Origin: Shigella phage Z31
Sequence record: MN655999
Direction: 5' to 3' (one strand)
Length of the DNA stretch: 64,000 nt
This document shows, one piece after another, positions 9,347 through 19,913 of the stretch (position 1 is the stretch's first letter; the number at the start of each line of letters is the position of its first letter). The notes under the pieces were generated by a model. It did not search any database and was not told where the DNA came from. It saw nothing but the letters and a program-made list of their open reading frames with translations. Position numbers and translations under genes: made by a program.

Positions 9347-11300
9347 TTAATACAGGTGGAATTGTTGAGCTTTGACGTTGTTCTTCAGTATAGACTTCAC
9401 CAGTCTCACGGTCAAACACTTCATCCTCATAATGAGGTAAAGAGTCATCGTAATGGTCTTCAGCTTCACCAATACCAAACTGTTGACGAATATTTTCTGC
9501 TGCACCATCAATATCAACACCACATCCAGAAGCTTTGATAAGACGTCCTGTATCTGGATTGTACCAAGTATGACCAGCAATACCTGTTGACTTACCATGA
9601 CGACGACATTTAGTTAACTTGATTTTTGTCAAGTTTTTCTTAACAGGGTCTGGGTCAACCTTGTTACGCATTAACAAAATATTATTCATGGAAATCTGGA
9701 AATACGCACCAGAACCCTTGATATCCTCTTCAGAGATATCCCCACCTTCAGAGTTAGCTTTCTGACCACCTGCACTCTTACGAACGTGACATACGTTTAC
9801 CTGTGCGTACTGGTAGCGTTTGCAACGACGCAATAGTTCAGACAAGACTTCCTCTTCATCTGTATCAGAACGTGACAGAGCCAACGTAATAGGGTCAAGA
9901 ATAATAATCTTACAGTCTAAACTGTTAACAAGATAGTCAACAAACTCTAGCAGGTTATCTTGGTCAATTGCCCCTTGATGGTCAACGATATGGATACGAC
10001 GACCTTTAGATAGTTCTGCGTGTGCTACCTTTAATTCATCCCAATCTCGTTCATCATAAGGAATCTCAGAAATCTGCTTGCTTAGGTGGATTGCACAGAG
10101 CATCTCCATCAACTCTTCATAGGTATCTTCTACAGGAATTACACCGATATTATAATCAGTTTCTTTCCAAGCTGAATAAATCATCTCACGAGTGTAAGCT
10201 GACTTACCTACTGAAGATGGTGCTGCGATAGTCGTAATCTCGCCTAAACCGTAACCACCGTAAGTTAGCCTGTTCAAGTCCCCGAAAGATTCTGGGAAAG
10301 GAATTAATGGAATCTGACCACGATTCTTCATTGCCTCAAAACCGTCTGCAAAGTTCTTGATACCAGCAGGGCAGTAACGAGGTGCATTATAGATACGCTG
10401 CTTGAATCCTTCCAGAACTGTATCTTTCTCTTTATAAAACTTTGTCCACCATTCATTAAGGTCTTTTACACCTTCTGGATACTGGAATAAACGAACCTTC
10501 TCAATCGGAAGGATACCAGCAGCCTCTTTGGTAGCTTTAGCACCTGCTTCATCGTTATCAAAGCACAAGTAAATCTCATCAAATGATGTGATGTACTGAT
10601 AGTTGTCTTTGATAGACTTAATGTTTGCACCTGATGGAACAGATACGTGACAGTAATTCTTACGACGAGACTTATCTTTAATCGCCAAAGAAGTCATGTA
10701 GATAGCTGTCGCACATTCCATCTCACCTTCCCAGATGAACAGTCGGTTCCCACCTTCTGGAGCAATCCATGAACCGAACATTGCCAGTTCACCTTTAATA
10801 TCTCCAACGCCACCTGAAAAGTCTTTTAGCTTACCACGTAGGTGTTCTTTTGGATGGTCTTCTGGGTAACGGTGACGAACACGGTAGCCAACATGTTCTA
10901 GCTTGCCATCTTCATTACGTTTGTAAGTTGGATAGAAATGTGCATCAATTTCACCGTCACTATCAATGTCAACCTTGATACCTAAACGTTCAAGGACTTT
11001 TGCAGGAATCTTCCTATCTTTCAAGTCCATTGCTTCTAGGTTTTCTTTTACATCATCTAAATCCATTCCACGGAAAGTACGGTTTTTATTATCTGAACCA
11101 GTAGAATAAGTGCTCACGATTTGTCCTTTATCAAAATCCCACTCTGGGAAACCTTTGTTACAGCTAAAGCAAGTCATCGAATAAGAATCATCGTCATGAT
11201 GGTAGATTGAACCAGCATCTGATGAACCACAACGTGGACATGCACAATGACCAATAAACTGACCAGCCTCTTTCAATTTACGACCTTTAGACATTAGCAC
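9309..11300 (-). CDS. DNA primase-helicase (T7 gp4-like)
   Basis: 663 aa; N-terminal zinc ribbon CPRCGSSD...CFSCNKGF; primase core; C-terminal DnaB/RecA-like helicase with Walker A GLGEITTIAAPSSVGKSAYT. Confidence 0.88.
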   Translation of the reverse strand: MLMSKGRKLKEAGQFIGHCACPRCGSSDAGSIYHHDDDSYSMTCFSCNKGFPEWDFDKGQIVSTYSTGSDNKNRTFRGMDLDDVKENLEAMDLKDRKIPAKVLERLGIKVDIDSDGEIDAHFYPTYKRNEDGKLEHVGYRVRHRYPEDHPKEHLRGKLKDFSGGVGDIKGELAMFGSWIAPEGGNRLFIWEGEMECATAIYMTSLAIKDKSRRKNYCHVSVPSGANIKSIKDNYQYITSFDEIYLCFDNDEAGAKATKEAAGILPIEKVRLFQYPEGVKDLNEWWTKFYKEKDTVLEGFKQRIYNAPRYCPAGIKNFADGFEAMKNRGQIPLIPFPESFGDLNRLTYGGYGLGEITTIAAPSSVGKSAYTREMIYSAWKETDYNIGVIPVEDTYEELMEMLCAIHLSKQISEIPYDERDWDELKVAHAELSKGRRIHIVDHQGAIDQDNLLEFVDYLVNSLDCKIIILDPITLALSRSDTDEEEVLSELLRRCKRYQYAQVNVCHVRKSAGGQKANSEGGDISEEDIKGSGAYFQISMNNILLMRNKVDPDPVKKNLTKIKLTKCRRHGKSTGIAGHTWYNPDTGRLIKASGCGVDIDGAAENIRQQFGIGEAEDHYDDSLPHYEDEVFDRETGEVYTEEQRQSSTIPPVLSEDADDCPFETE

Positions 11301-11487
11301 CTCTTCGTTGTAGTTCTGCCTTCAATCCATTTTCAATCTTGTCCAGTTCATGAATTTCATCTGCAATCTCTTTCCTTCGTGATTCAACTCTCTTAAGACG
11401 TTCAATCATTACCTCATTGGAAAGAGATGAGAGTTCCACTAAACGATGGTCAATAACCTTAAAATTATCTTTTACTCTCATCTTCAT
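11287..11487 (-). CDS. small coiled-coil protein, unknown
   Basis: ORF track 66 aa. Confidence 0.4.
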   Translation of the reverse strand: MKMRVKDNFKVIDHRLVELSSLSNEVMIERLKRVESRRKEIADEIHELDKIENGLKAELQRRGANV

Positions 11488-11495
11488 TCTCTCTT

Positions 11496-12239
11496 TTAAA
11501 TTTTCAGGATAGCTCTTAGCTTACTTTCAAGGTCTGCAAGAGTACCATTATTATGGATAATGTCACGCGCATATTTGGTAGAAATTCCATTTTCTGAAAC
11601 ATGTGATGAAACCTTGTCCACATTGTCTCTTTTTACTTCAATAATCTGGTGTGCAAATCTACTCAGCCACTCAGCTTCAGAGTCAAACCTTAAGTCACTG
11701 ATTAAAACAACACCCTCTTGATTCATAAGTGAACAAGATTCAAAGAAGCGAGCCATTCGTTTTTCAAGGTCTTTAGCCCAGAATTTGTCACCCATAACTT
11801 TACGGATTACTTCAGTGCCCCAAATCTGTTGAATTTGTCTTGATGAGAATTTATACTTCTTGCTAAATCCCAGACGTGTCAATAGAGTTGGCTTAGCAAC
11901 CTTCTTAAGTTCCATGATTAATCGTCCGGTTAACTCCGACATAAGCTTAAAGTCCATATGGTAACGTTCATCTCTGAAGGTGAACTCCATAGCTTCCGTA
12001 ACTTTACCCATAAGTTCAGAGTATGATAAATCAAAAACCTGTGGAGTCTCTTTAGTTTCGCCGTACAGGTCATTCCATGTCAAGTCAAATATCTTTGATG
12101 CAGATAGCTTAAGATTGTCTGCATAGGCCATTACTGCAACATTGTAGCCATACTCATCTTCTAGGATATTCTTAACAATAGAGCATGAGGTATCTTTTCC
12201 AGAACGTGCCTTTCCAGTAAATGCGATAATATTACTCAT
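11496..12239 (-). CDS. deoxynucleoside monophosphate kinase (P-loop)
   Basis: N-terminus MSNIIAFTGKARSGKDT matches T4 gp1 dNMP kinase MKLIFLSGVKRSGKDT. Confidence 0.65.
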   Translation of the reverse strand: MSNIIAFTGKARSGKDTSCSIVKNILEDEYGYNVAVMAYADNLKLSASKIFDLTWNDLYGETKETPQVFDLSYSELMGKVTEAMEFTFRDERYHMDFKLMSELTGRLIMELKKVAKPTLLTRLGFSKKYKFSSRQIQQIWGTEVIRKVMGDKFWAKDLEKRMARFFESCSLMNQEGVVLISDLRFDSEAEWLSRFAHQIIEVKRDNVDKVSSHVSENGISTKYARDIIHNNGTLADLESKLRAILKI

Positions 12240-12254
12240 TTTGTCTCCCTTAAT

Positions 12255-12290
12255 TACTAAAAAGCCCCCAACTAAGGAGGCTTGTAAGAT
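12255..12290 (-). terminator. rho-independent terminator (AAGCCTCC...GGGGGCTT + T-run)
   Basis: Hairpin plus T-tract on minus strand downstream of 12301..13113. Confidence 0.45.
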
Positions 12291-12300
12291 TTATAAAGAC

Positions 12301-13113
12301 TTAGTGCAGTTGGTCACTGGTAATCTGTGAATGCTCTTTTTCAGCCATAGCTGAGATTTGCTTCACAAAATCATCACCGAAGTTAATACGCAGCTTCTCT
12401 TCAATGATTGAAGCACCAATGTTTACCAAAACATCATTGATTGCTTGCATACTGACACCACCAGTCATCTCCTCAACAAACTCAATGGTTACACCCAACA
12501 TCTGAGAAAGTTGGATTAGTGCAACGATATTCATCATTGTAGAGATAGCGGGAATCATCAGAGCAACCTTCACCTGTAGTGGTTCTACATCAGCTACAGA
12601 GTCATCTTTCACAGCTTCTGCTAAAGAGTCTTTAGTTTGCTGGATAATCTCTTTGATTCGTGGGTTTAACTCTTCTACACCCCAATCAAGTTTTTCATAT
12701 CGTGACAGCTTCTCTTCCATTCGCTTCTCAAGAGCAGCCATAACAGCACTCGTTGACGAAATTAACAGGTCAACTAGCTCATTATTATCTAAGAGTAGTA
12801 GTGAGTCTTTTTCTTCAGGTGTCATGGCAATATAGTCATTTTTCTGCATCTCATAAAAAATGAACTCTGCAAGAGCATCAACACCTACAACAATAGATGC
12901 TAAGGCAAGCTTTTTGTCACACAGCATCATATTAACCTGTTCTGCAAAAGCACCGTTATCAGACTTGTCTTTAGGCAAGTTATAGCTTGCAGGCATAAAC
13001 TGTTCTGTGTAGTTGTTTCCACGAAGAATCATAGCCATGCTTTCTACGGCATTGATTAAGAATGCTTCGTCAATACCTTTTTCTTCAAGCATCTGGTCTA
13101 CAGTAGTATTCAT
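12301..13113 (-). CDS. hypothetical protein
   Basis: ORF track 270 aa; no recognisable motif. Confidence 0.5.
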   Translation of the reverse strand: MNTTVDQMLEEKGIDEAFLINAVESMAMILRGNNYTEQFMPASYNLPKDKSDNGAFAEQVNMMLCDKKLALASIVVGVDALAEFIFYEMQKNDYIAMTPEEKDSLLLLDNNELVDLLISSTSAVMAALEKRMEEKLSRYEKLDWGVEELNPRIKEIIQQTKDSLAEAVKDDSVADVEPLQVKVALMIPAISTMMNIVALIQLSQMLGVTIEFVEEMTGGVSMQAINDVLVNIGASIIEEKLRINFGDDFVKQISAMAEKEHSQITSDQLH

Positions 13114-13114
13114 A

Positions 13115-13537
13115 TTATTTCTCTCTCAGTTGGTTAAGTTTCTTTCTAGAACATTTTAAGTTTTCAGATGAAGAAAAGTCAAGTGTCTTTTCAGAACGTG
13201 GATAGTAATGCCTATCCCAAGAAGTTTCAACATCGTTAATCAGTGACGCTAGATTACACAGGTCTGTACCACTTTGCAACCTCTTTTTAAGAGAATCTAG
13301 TAAAGCAACTGTGTCTTTAGCTTTACGCCTCGCTGTAGCAACATCTTTCATATGCTCAAATACAGAGCATTTTAAGTCATCTTCATAGTTTTCAGACAAC
13401 TCTATTTCATGTTGTATATCAACCATTCTCCTGTGATGGTGAGCATATTCCCGTTGAGCAGCAATGTCAAGTTCTTCCAACTTCTGCAAAGCTCTAACAA
13501 AGTCAGCTATGTCTGGGTGAACAAACATTTTCTGCAT
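13115..13537 (-). CDS. hypothetical protein
   Basis: ORF track 140 aa. Confidence 0.5.
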   Translation of the reverse strand: MQKMFVHPDIADFVRALQKLEELDIAAQREYAHHHRRMVDIQHEIELSENYEDDLKCSVFEHMKDVATARRKAKDTVALLDSLKKRLQSGTDLCNLASLINDVETSWDRHYYPRSEKTLDFSSSENLKCSRKKLNQLREK

Positions 13538-13678
13538 GTAAGCCTCTTTTAAGTAACTATTAAGTTTTAATCTTTTATCTTAACGTATTCTATACGTTAT
13601 ACTTTAAAGCTTTTTAAAAGCTATTAAATAATCTTTTAAGAGTTTTAAAGTATCTGTATAGTTAAACTGTTAAGTAAC

Positions 13679-13740
13679 CTTTTAAGTAAAAACCCACTTC
13701 GCAAAGATTAACACCTTGTCAAGTACATTGTCAACTTGCT
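13679..13740. promoter_or_regulatory. conserved ~60-bp element (CCTTTTAAGTAA...ACACCTTGTCAAGT..TTGTCAAC) in divergent intergenic region
   Basis: Near-identical element recurs at 55978-56045 upstream of another plus-strand early operon; spacing to TATAAT (13745) does not fit a standard sigma70 promoter. Confidence 0.4.
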
Positions 13741-13794
13741 TTTTATAATTTTTTGCAGTAATGTATGTGGTTAATGATTTTAGAGGGAGTAAAA

Positions 13795-16494
13795 ATGGAA
13801 AACGTAGATTTTAAAAACTTACATTTAGTTGGCGATACAGAAACTGATGGTTTACTCCTTGAGTTCACTAAAGTGCACGTAATGGCTTTCGCAGACTATA
13901 AATCTGACGATGAAGAGCCACCTGTATGGGTCTTTACAGATGAGCCTATCCTCGGTCACAAGTATACCAAGTACATTAAGGGTGGTTTGCGTGAAGGTGT
14001 TGAGTTTGCGTTAAAGGCAAAACGACTTTGCATCCACAATGGTCTGGGGTATGACTGGTGGGTTTTCAATCACATTGCACCCGATTTGTGGAACTTTGAT
14101 AATCCAAAGTGTAAGCCGTGGAGTAATTTCTTTCAGGATTCTCTTATCCAGTCTCGTGTTCAGTGGATGGATAGACCAACTCCAAAGGGCTATAAAGGTG
14201 CTCATGGTTTGGCTGCATGGGGTGCTCGTGTTGGTGTCCGTAAACCAGAGATTGAACATTGGGGTGTGTGGAATGCAGAAATCTTCACTCGTGTTGTGGA
14301 AGATATCCGTATTAACGCCAAAACTAAACGTGCACTGGATAATGAATATCTCAAGCTGAAGAAGTGTGGCGTAGATACTTATGAAACCTACATGCGAGCT
14401 AAAGAAACATCTTTCTGGATGAGTCAACAGGCTATCAATGGTTGGAAAGCTGATAAAGAACTTATGGAGTTCCATGTAAAGGAACTTGACAAGTTGACTA
14501 ATGAGCTTGCTTCAGAAGTTGAACCACATCTTCCTCCAACTATTAAGACCAAAGGTAAAGTCACTGGAGAAGAGTTTGCAAAAGCTTGGAATGAGTATGT
14601 TGAAGCATTTGGTCATGCAGATGGACTGAAGAGAATTACCAAGTACCCTAAGACAAAGTATCGTCAACAGGTACGTAACGGTGAGATGCAGACATATGAA
14701 ATCAAGCCGTTTGGTAAGCCAACTACAAAGATTTTTAACATTGAAAAGCGGAATTGCTATACACCAACCAACACTGTAACTGGCGAAGAGTACAAGGAAG
14801 GTTTTGTAGCAATGAAGGATGCTCGTGCAATTTGCAACGAGTTGAATGCAAAGATTGGTAAGAAATGCAAAGACTGGAAGCCAGTAAAAACAGTTAAAAC
14901 TGTGAAGTACTATAACAGTCATGTTGTTAACCACTTTGAACTTGAGTCAAGTCGCTACACAGGTTTGATTGATGCACCATATACACCAATTGAGTTCGAA
15001 GTTTCTCGTATGACTCAGGTAGCAGTTGTTAAAGACTACTTGAAATCAGTTGGTTGGATTCCAGATGACTGGAACTACAAGAAAGACTCAGATGGTCGTC
15101 CTGTTAAGGTTTGTCGTTTCAAAGACAACAAAAAGATGATTACAAAACATCCTAAGTGGGATGAGATGGTGGAACGGTGTGGTTTGAGTTATGTTGAACA
15201 TGAAGGTGTCCAGTACATTGAACATAACTGGTCTGTGAAGAAGTACACAGATTTGCTTGAGCCTTGTTTAATCCGTACTTCACCAAAACTTACTGAATCA
15301 TCTTATGATACGATTGAAGGTGAGCTTGGACAGAAGATTGCGAAATACTATACTTTGATGCACCGACGTAGAACTATTGAGAACTCAAAAGATGATGAAA
15401 AAGGTTGGTTGAACCAGATTCGTCCAGATGGTCGCCTTAGTGCTGGTGCAATGGTGTTTGGTACTTCAACTGGACGTATGACACAATATGGTATTGTAAA
15501 CGTACCGTCTGGTGCTGCTGTCTATGGAGCGCCTATGAGGGCAGTGTGGATTTGTGAAGAGGGGACTAACATTGTTTCTGTTGACCAGAACTCAGCCCAG
15601 CTAGTCCTTCTTTGTAACTTTATGGGTGATGAAGACTTCACTAAAGCAGTAACTGAGGGTAAAGAGTCAGTAGAGTTCACTAAGCAAGATGATGGTAGAT
15701 ACTACTGTAAGCATCTTGATAAGTACCTTAACCCAGAAACTGACAAGTATCTGCGTTATGATGCTGAAAATGACCTCTATGAAGTCTACACAGGGACTGA
15801 TGCGCATACACTGAACAGTATTTACTTTGGTCTTAACAAAGAAGAGGATATTGTTCGTTGCAGGGAGACACAGGATGAGGAACTTCTTCACGAGATTACA
15901 AAAGGTCGTAAGAAGAGCAAAAATGGCATCTACGCCCTGTTATTTGGAGCCGGAGACGAGAAGTTTGCAAAAACTATCAAGGCATCATCTACGGAAGAAG
16001 GTGCATTGACTAAACAAACTTACTATATGCGTCTGCCAAAGATTAAGAAGTTACTTGATAGCTTAGAAGCCGATTTTAAGGCGTCTAAAAAGGCTCTGGA
16101 AGAGGTTTTTGGGAAGAACTCTTCAATTGCTAAAGGTGGTTATATCAGGGTCGCTGGAGCATGGATATGGTGCAAATCTCCACATAAACTACTGAACTAC
16201 CTCCTGATGAGTTCGGAAGCACAGATTCAGAATGAAGCCATCAACCTAGCAGCAAGAAAAGCCTGTGAAGATGGCCTGACAAAACTGAATGCTCGAAAAC
16301 CAGCTATCGGAGCAAGGTTACTTCTGGCATATCACGACGAAAATAGTTGGGAATGCCCAGAGGGTATGACACATGATATGAAAGCAATTGCTGACTGGAT
16401 GTATGGGCAAGCTTCAAAAAACTTAGGTTTGAGGAAAGAAACACTTGTAACTGGTACAGCAAAGGTTGGTAAGAGCTGGTATGAGGTACATTGA
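13795..16494 (+). CDS. DNA polymerase, family A (T7-like) with 3'-5' exonuclease domain
   Basis: Start trimmed to MENVDFK (GAGGGAG RBS); Exo I LHLVGDTETDGL; motif B-like RKKSKNGIYALLFGAGDEKF; motif C LAYHDE. Confidence 0.9.
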   Translation: MENVDFKNLHLVGDTETDGLLLEFTKVHVMAFADYKSDDEEPPVWVFTDEPILGHKYTKYIKGGLREGVEFALKAKRLCIHNGLGYDWWVFNHIAPDLWNFDNPKCKPWSNFFQDSLIQSRVQWMDRPTPKGYKGAHGLAAWGARVGVRKPEIEHWGVWNAEIFTRVVEDIRINAKTKRALDNEYLKLKKCGVDTYETYMRAKETSFWMSQQAINGWKADKELMEFHVKELDKLTNELASEVEPHLPPTIKTKGKVTGEEFAKAWNEYVEAFGHADGLKRITKYPKTKYRQQVRNGEMQTYEIKPFGKPTTKIFNIEKRNCYTPTNTVTGEEYKEGFVAMKDARAICNELNAKIGKKCKDWKPVKTVKTVKYYNSHVVNHFELESSRYTGLIDAPYTPIEFEVSRMTQVAVVKDYLKSVGWIPDDWNYKKDSDGRPVKVCRFKDNKKMITKHPKWDEMVERCGLSYVEHEGVQYIEHNWSVKKYTDLLEPCLIRTSPKLTESSYDTIEGELGQKIAKYYTLMHRRRTIENSKDDEKGWLNQIRPDGRLSAGAMVFGTSTGRMTQYGIVNVPSGAAVYGAPMRAVWICEEGTNIVSVDQNSAQLVLLCNFMGDEDFTKAVTEGKESVEFTKQDDGRYYCKHLDKYLNPETDKYLRYDAENDLYEVYTGTDAHTLNSIYFGLNKEEDIVRCRETQDEELLHEITKGRKKSKNGIYALLFGAGDEKFAKTIKASSTEEGALTKQTYYMRLPKIKKLLDSLEADFKASKKALEEVFGKNSSIAKGGYIRVAGAWIWCKSPHKLLNYLLMSSEAQIQNEAINLAARKACEDGLTKLNARKPAIGARLLLAYHDENSWECPEGMTHDMKAIADWMYGQASKNLGLRKETLVTGTAKVGKSWYEVH

Positions 16495-16497
16495 TTA

Positions 16498-17031
16498 ATG
16501 GATTTTATTTTACAAAAACGTTTAAAGGAGCTGCTACACTATGACCCCGAAACAGGGGTCTTTACTTGGCTTCGTAGAGAAGGTAAATCAAGAGCTGTTA
16601 GTGTTTTTAACAGTAATTATGCAGGAAAGGTGGCAGGTAATATCCAGACTGATTCAAGTGGTCATAAACAGATTAGTATCTATTTTGACAAGAAAGCACA
16701 TAAAGCACACAGACTCGCATGGCTTTACGTGTATGGCAAGATGCCAAAAGGCATCATTGACCATATCAACGGAGACTCACTTGACAACAGGATTGTAAAC
16801 TTAAGGGAAGCAGATGACTTTCAAAGTGCTTGGAATAAAGGTAAGCCAGTCACCAATAAATCTGGGTACAAGGGTGTAAGTCTTAAGAAGAAGTCTGGTA
16901 AGTGGGTCGCACAGATAAGTTATAGAGGTAAGAAGATGTTTTTAGGTTATCATGACACACCTGAAGAAGCCCATAAAGCTTACTGTGAAGCTGCTGTGAA
17001 ACTCCACGGAGAGTTTGCAAAACTAAGTTGA
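16498..17031 (+). CDS. HNH homing endonuclease with AP2-type DNA-binding domain
   Basis: 177 aa; AHRLAWLYVYG...IDHINGDSLDNRIVNLR (HNH) then YKGVSLKKKSGKWVAQISYRGKKMFLGYHDTPEEAHKAY (AP2-like); begins 4 nt after polymerase stop. Confidence 0.75.
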   Translation: MDFILQKRLKELLHYDPETGVFTWLRREGKSRAVSVFNSNYAGKVAGNIQTDSSGHKQISIYFDKKAHKAHRLAWLYVYGKMPKGIIDHINGDSLDNRIVNLREADDFQSAWNKGKPVTNKSGYKGVSLKKKSGKWVAQISYRGKKMFLGYHDTPEEAHKAYCEAAVKLHGEFAKLS

Positions 17032-17082
17032 CAAGGTGCTCATGGAAGAGTACCTTATACAATATCTTATATAGGAGGTTAT

Positions 17083-17295
17083 ATGACACTTTCAGACGTT
17101 ATTCAGCAACTTCACGACAACTGCTATACTCCAGAGTTGATTCAAGAGATGCTTATTGTGGTGATGCCTAGTAAGTTCGTAAAAGGTTTTAATAGTGAAT
17201 CTTTAAAATCTGCGCATATCCTTATTGTTGACGGTAAGATTGCAAGAGACCGTACAGGAGTCCTTAAGGGTGAACGTATTAGTATTGACATCTGA
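17083..17295 (+). CDS. hypothetical protein
   Basis: ORF track 70 aa; AGGAGG RBS. Confidence 0.5.
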   Translation: MTLSDVIQQLHDNCYTPELIQEMLIVVMPSKFVKGFNSESLKSAHILIVDGKIARDRTGVLKGERISIDI

Positions 17296-17312
17296 GTATT
17301 AGGGACACCAAA

Positions 17313-17468
17313 ATGAAACGCAAAGTAAAATTATTTAGCTTATATGGAAGAGTCGGTAAAGGTTTTGATTGGCAACTGCTACGTTCAGATGTTAAAAGCA
17401 ACGAGTTAGCACAGCTCATCATAGACTACCGGCGTACATATAGAGAAGTAGAACATCGTGAACAATAA
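17313..17468 (+). CDS. small protein (51 aa), unknown
   Basis: ATG with weak RBS; MKRKVKLFSLYGRVGKGFDWQ...; below track cutoff. Confidence 0.3.
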   Translation: MKRKVKLFSLYGRVGKGFDWQLLRSDVKSNELAQLIIDYRRTYREVEHREQ

Positions 17469-17483
17469 AACAGGAGATGTGTT

Positions 17484-17720
17484 ATGTGGAAAGCAGTAAT
17501 TGCACTTGGTGTTATTTTTCTAGCTGGGTGCAACCCTTCTTATGAAGATAAAAACGCTTCTTACAGTCTCCCACCAGAAATGCAAGATTGTAAAGTCTAT
17601 AAGCTAAATGGGGATGCAATAAGCACAGATATTGTTGTTGTAAGATGTCCAAACTCTCAAACGACAACATCTTATCGTTATGGTAAAAATAGTCAATCAC
17701 ACACTACGGTTATTGAGTGA
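17484..17720 (+). CDS. predicted lipoprotein
   Basis: 78 aa; signal peptide and lipobox MWKAVIALGVIFLAGC; AGGAG RBS. Confidence 0.6.
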   Translation: MWKAVIALGVIFLAGCNPSYEDKNASYSLPPEMQDCKVYKLNGDAISTDIVVVRCPNSQTTTSYRYGKNSQSHTTVIE

Positions 17721-17730
17721 GGTTTTTACG

Positions 17731-17937
17731 ATGCAAGTCTTAGTAAACTATATCTACTGTTATGATACTGTTCACTCCACTACAACCTTAGCTCAACGTA
17801 ACCCAATCGTCCCACGAGAAGGTGAGTTTGTTCGAATCGAGGGTTGGACTTACACTGTGGAAAGCATCATTCATAAGTTTGATGTTGCTGGTGATGTTCA
17901 AGTTATTGACGTAGAAATTGGTGGTAAGAGAAAATGA
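17731..17937 (+). CDS. hypothetical protein
   Basis: ORF track trimmed to MQVLVNY (GAGG RBS). Confidence 0.4.
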   Translation: MQVLVNYIYCYDTVHSTTTLAQRNPIVPREGEFVRIEGWTYTVESIIHKFDVAGDVQVIDVEIGGKRK

Positions 17938-19037
17938 CAATACTGTACAAACAAAATAAAGATGGCTCTTTCAACGTCTGGTCATGCGTTGCTGTAGGTG
18001 ACAAAGTTATTACAACCTACGGTAAAGAAAATGGCAAGATGATGTTTGAAGAGTATACAGCAGAACCTAAAAACATCGGTAAAAAGAATGAGCGTAACGC
18101 TGAACAGCAAGCTCTCTTTGAAGTTGCTGCTAAGTATAAAAAGCAGGTTGACCGCAAAGGTTATGCTTACACAAAAGAGTCTGCACAGAATACTGAGAAG
18201 GTAGGTGTACAGCTTGCTCATGATGCTGCAAAGGTTAGCCATGCAAAGTATCTGAAGTTCCCTGCTGATGCTCAACCGAAACTTGATGGTGTCCGTTGTA
18301 GGATTTCAAGGCACTTGAGTATTGGCAGTGTATTTACAGCATATTCTCGTGAGAATACTGTTTACAAAATCCCTACTGAACTAATACCTGACATTATGGC
18401 AATGTTAAGGCTCCACAAAGATGTTGATGAATTTGATGGAGAGATTTATGCTCATGGGTGGGACTTAGAAGATATCGTCTCCATGATTAAAAATGAAGAT
18501 AATCCTGACAGACACTTGCTCAAGTTTTACTGGTACGATATCTGTGACAGCACTAAGACGTGGCCTGAGCGTAGAGATATTATTGAGACTTCACCATTGA
18601 ATGACTTTAGAGATGGCTGTAAAGTTGTCCCTGTTAAGTCTCGTCGTGTAAATTCTTGGGAAGAATTCGATGAAGCTCATGATAAGTGGGTTGAAGCTAA
18701 GTTTGAAGGTGCAATGTACCGTTCAATTTCTGAAGACTCTTTCTATGAGTGTTGTCACCGTTCATACTTCTTGATTAAGCACAAGAAGATGCACACTGAA
18801 GAGTTTAAAGTGACTGGTGTAAAGACCGATAAACGTGGTCATGGCAAGTTCGTTGTAGAGACTCTTCCTAACGTCTTTGTAGATGTCTCATGGAAGACTA
18901 CTCATGAGAAGAAACAGTATCTTGCTGAGCATCCTGAAGAGTTTATCGGGAAGCCTTTAACGGTTCAGTTCCAGAAGATGACTCGTAAGGGGTCTTTACA
19001 GTTCCCTGTCGGGCTAGTTATTAGGGATTATGAATAA
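17934..19037 (+). CDS. ATP-dependent DNA ligase
   Basis: 367 aa; adenylation motif I AQPKLDGVRC; phage-ligase size. Confidence 0.82.
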   Translation: MTILYKQNKDGSFNVWSCVAVGDKVITTYGKENGKMMFEEYTAEPKNIGKKNERNAEQQALFEVAAKYKKQVDRKGYAYTKESAQNTEKVGVQLAHDAAKVSHAKYLKFPADAQPKLDGVRCRISRHLSIGSVFTAYSRENTVYKIPTELIPDIMAMLRLHKDVDEFDGEIYAHGWDLEDIVSMIKNEDNPDRHLLKFYWYDICDSTKTWPERRDIIETSPLNDFRDGCKVVPVKSRRVNSWEEFDEAHDKWVEAKFEGAMYRSISEDSFYECCHRSYFLIKHKKMHTEEFKVTGVKTDKRGHGKFVVETLPNVFVDVSWKTTHEKKQYLAEHPEEFIGKPLTVQFQKMTRKGSLQFPVGLVIRDYE

Positions 19038-19042
19038 AAGTT

Positions 19043-19071
19043 GTTGACATAGAAAATTTGGTGAGTATACT
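19043..19071 (+). promoter_or_regulatory. sigma70-type promoter TTGACA-16-TATACT
   Basis: Consensus -35, 16-bp spacer, near-consensus -10 directly after ligase stop. Confidence 0.6.
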
Positions 19072-19101
19072 GAGCAGCATAAACCAACGGGTACTCACCA
19101 G

Positions 19102-19260
19102 CATCACTTAAGAGTCTTCTAAGAGGGTTTTTAAGTGATGTTCGGTATGGTGCGGTAGTGTTTGGTTGGGTATGGCTTTGTATGGTCTGGTAATGTAGGG
19201 TCGGGCGCGGTATGGGTGGATGGTAGTAGCCACGTTAAAAATCTACCAAGTTTCTAAAGA
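19102..19260 (+). repeat. repeat unit A: 10-bp-stem hairpin (CATCACTTAA...TTAAGTGATG) followed by GT-rich tract of GGTNTGG-like motifs
   Basis: Same hairpin and GT-rich tract recur at 20390-20930. Confidence 0.65.
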
Positions 19261-19305
19261 GTCTTCTGTTGAGGGTTCTTTACAAACAACTTAACAATAA
19301 ACTAA

Positions 19306-19911
<606 letters not shown>

Positions 19912-19913
19912 TT

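Noticed and set aside
13716-13750. Simple sigma70 promoter using TTGTCA and TATAAT upstream of the polymerase gene
   Set aside because: Spacer would be 11 or 23 bp, incompatible with sigma70 geometry; retained only as a conserved regulatory element.
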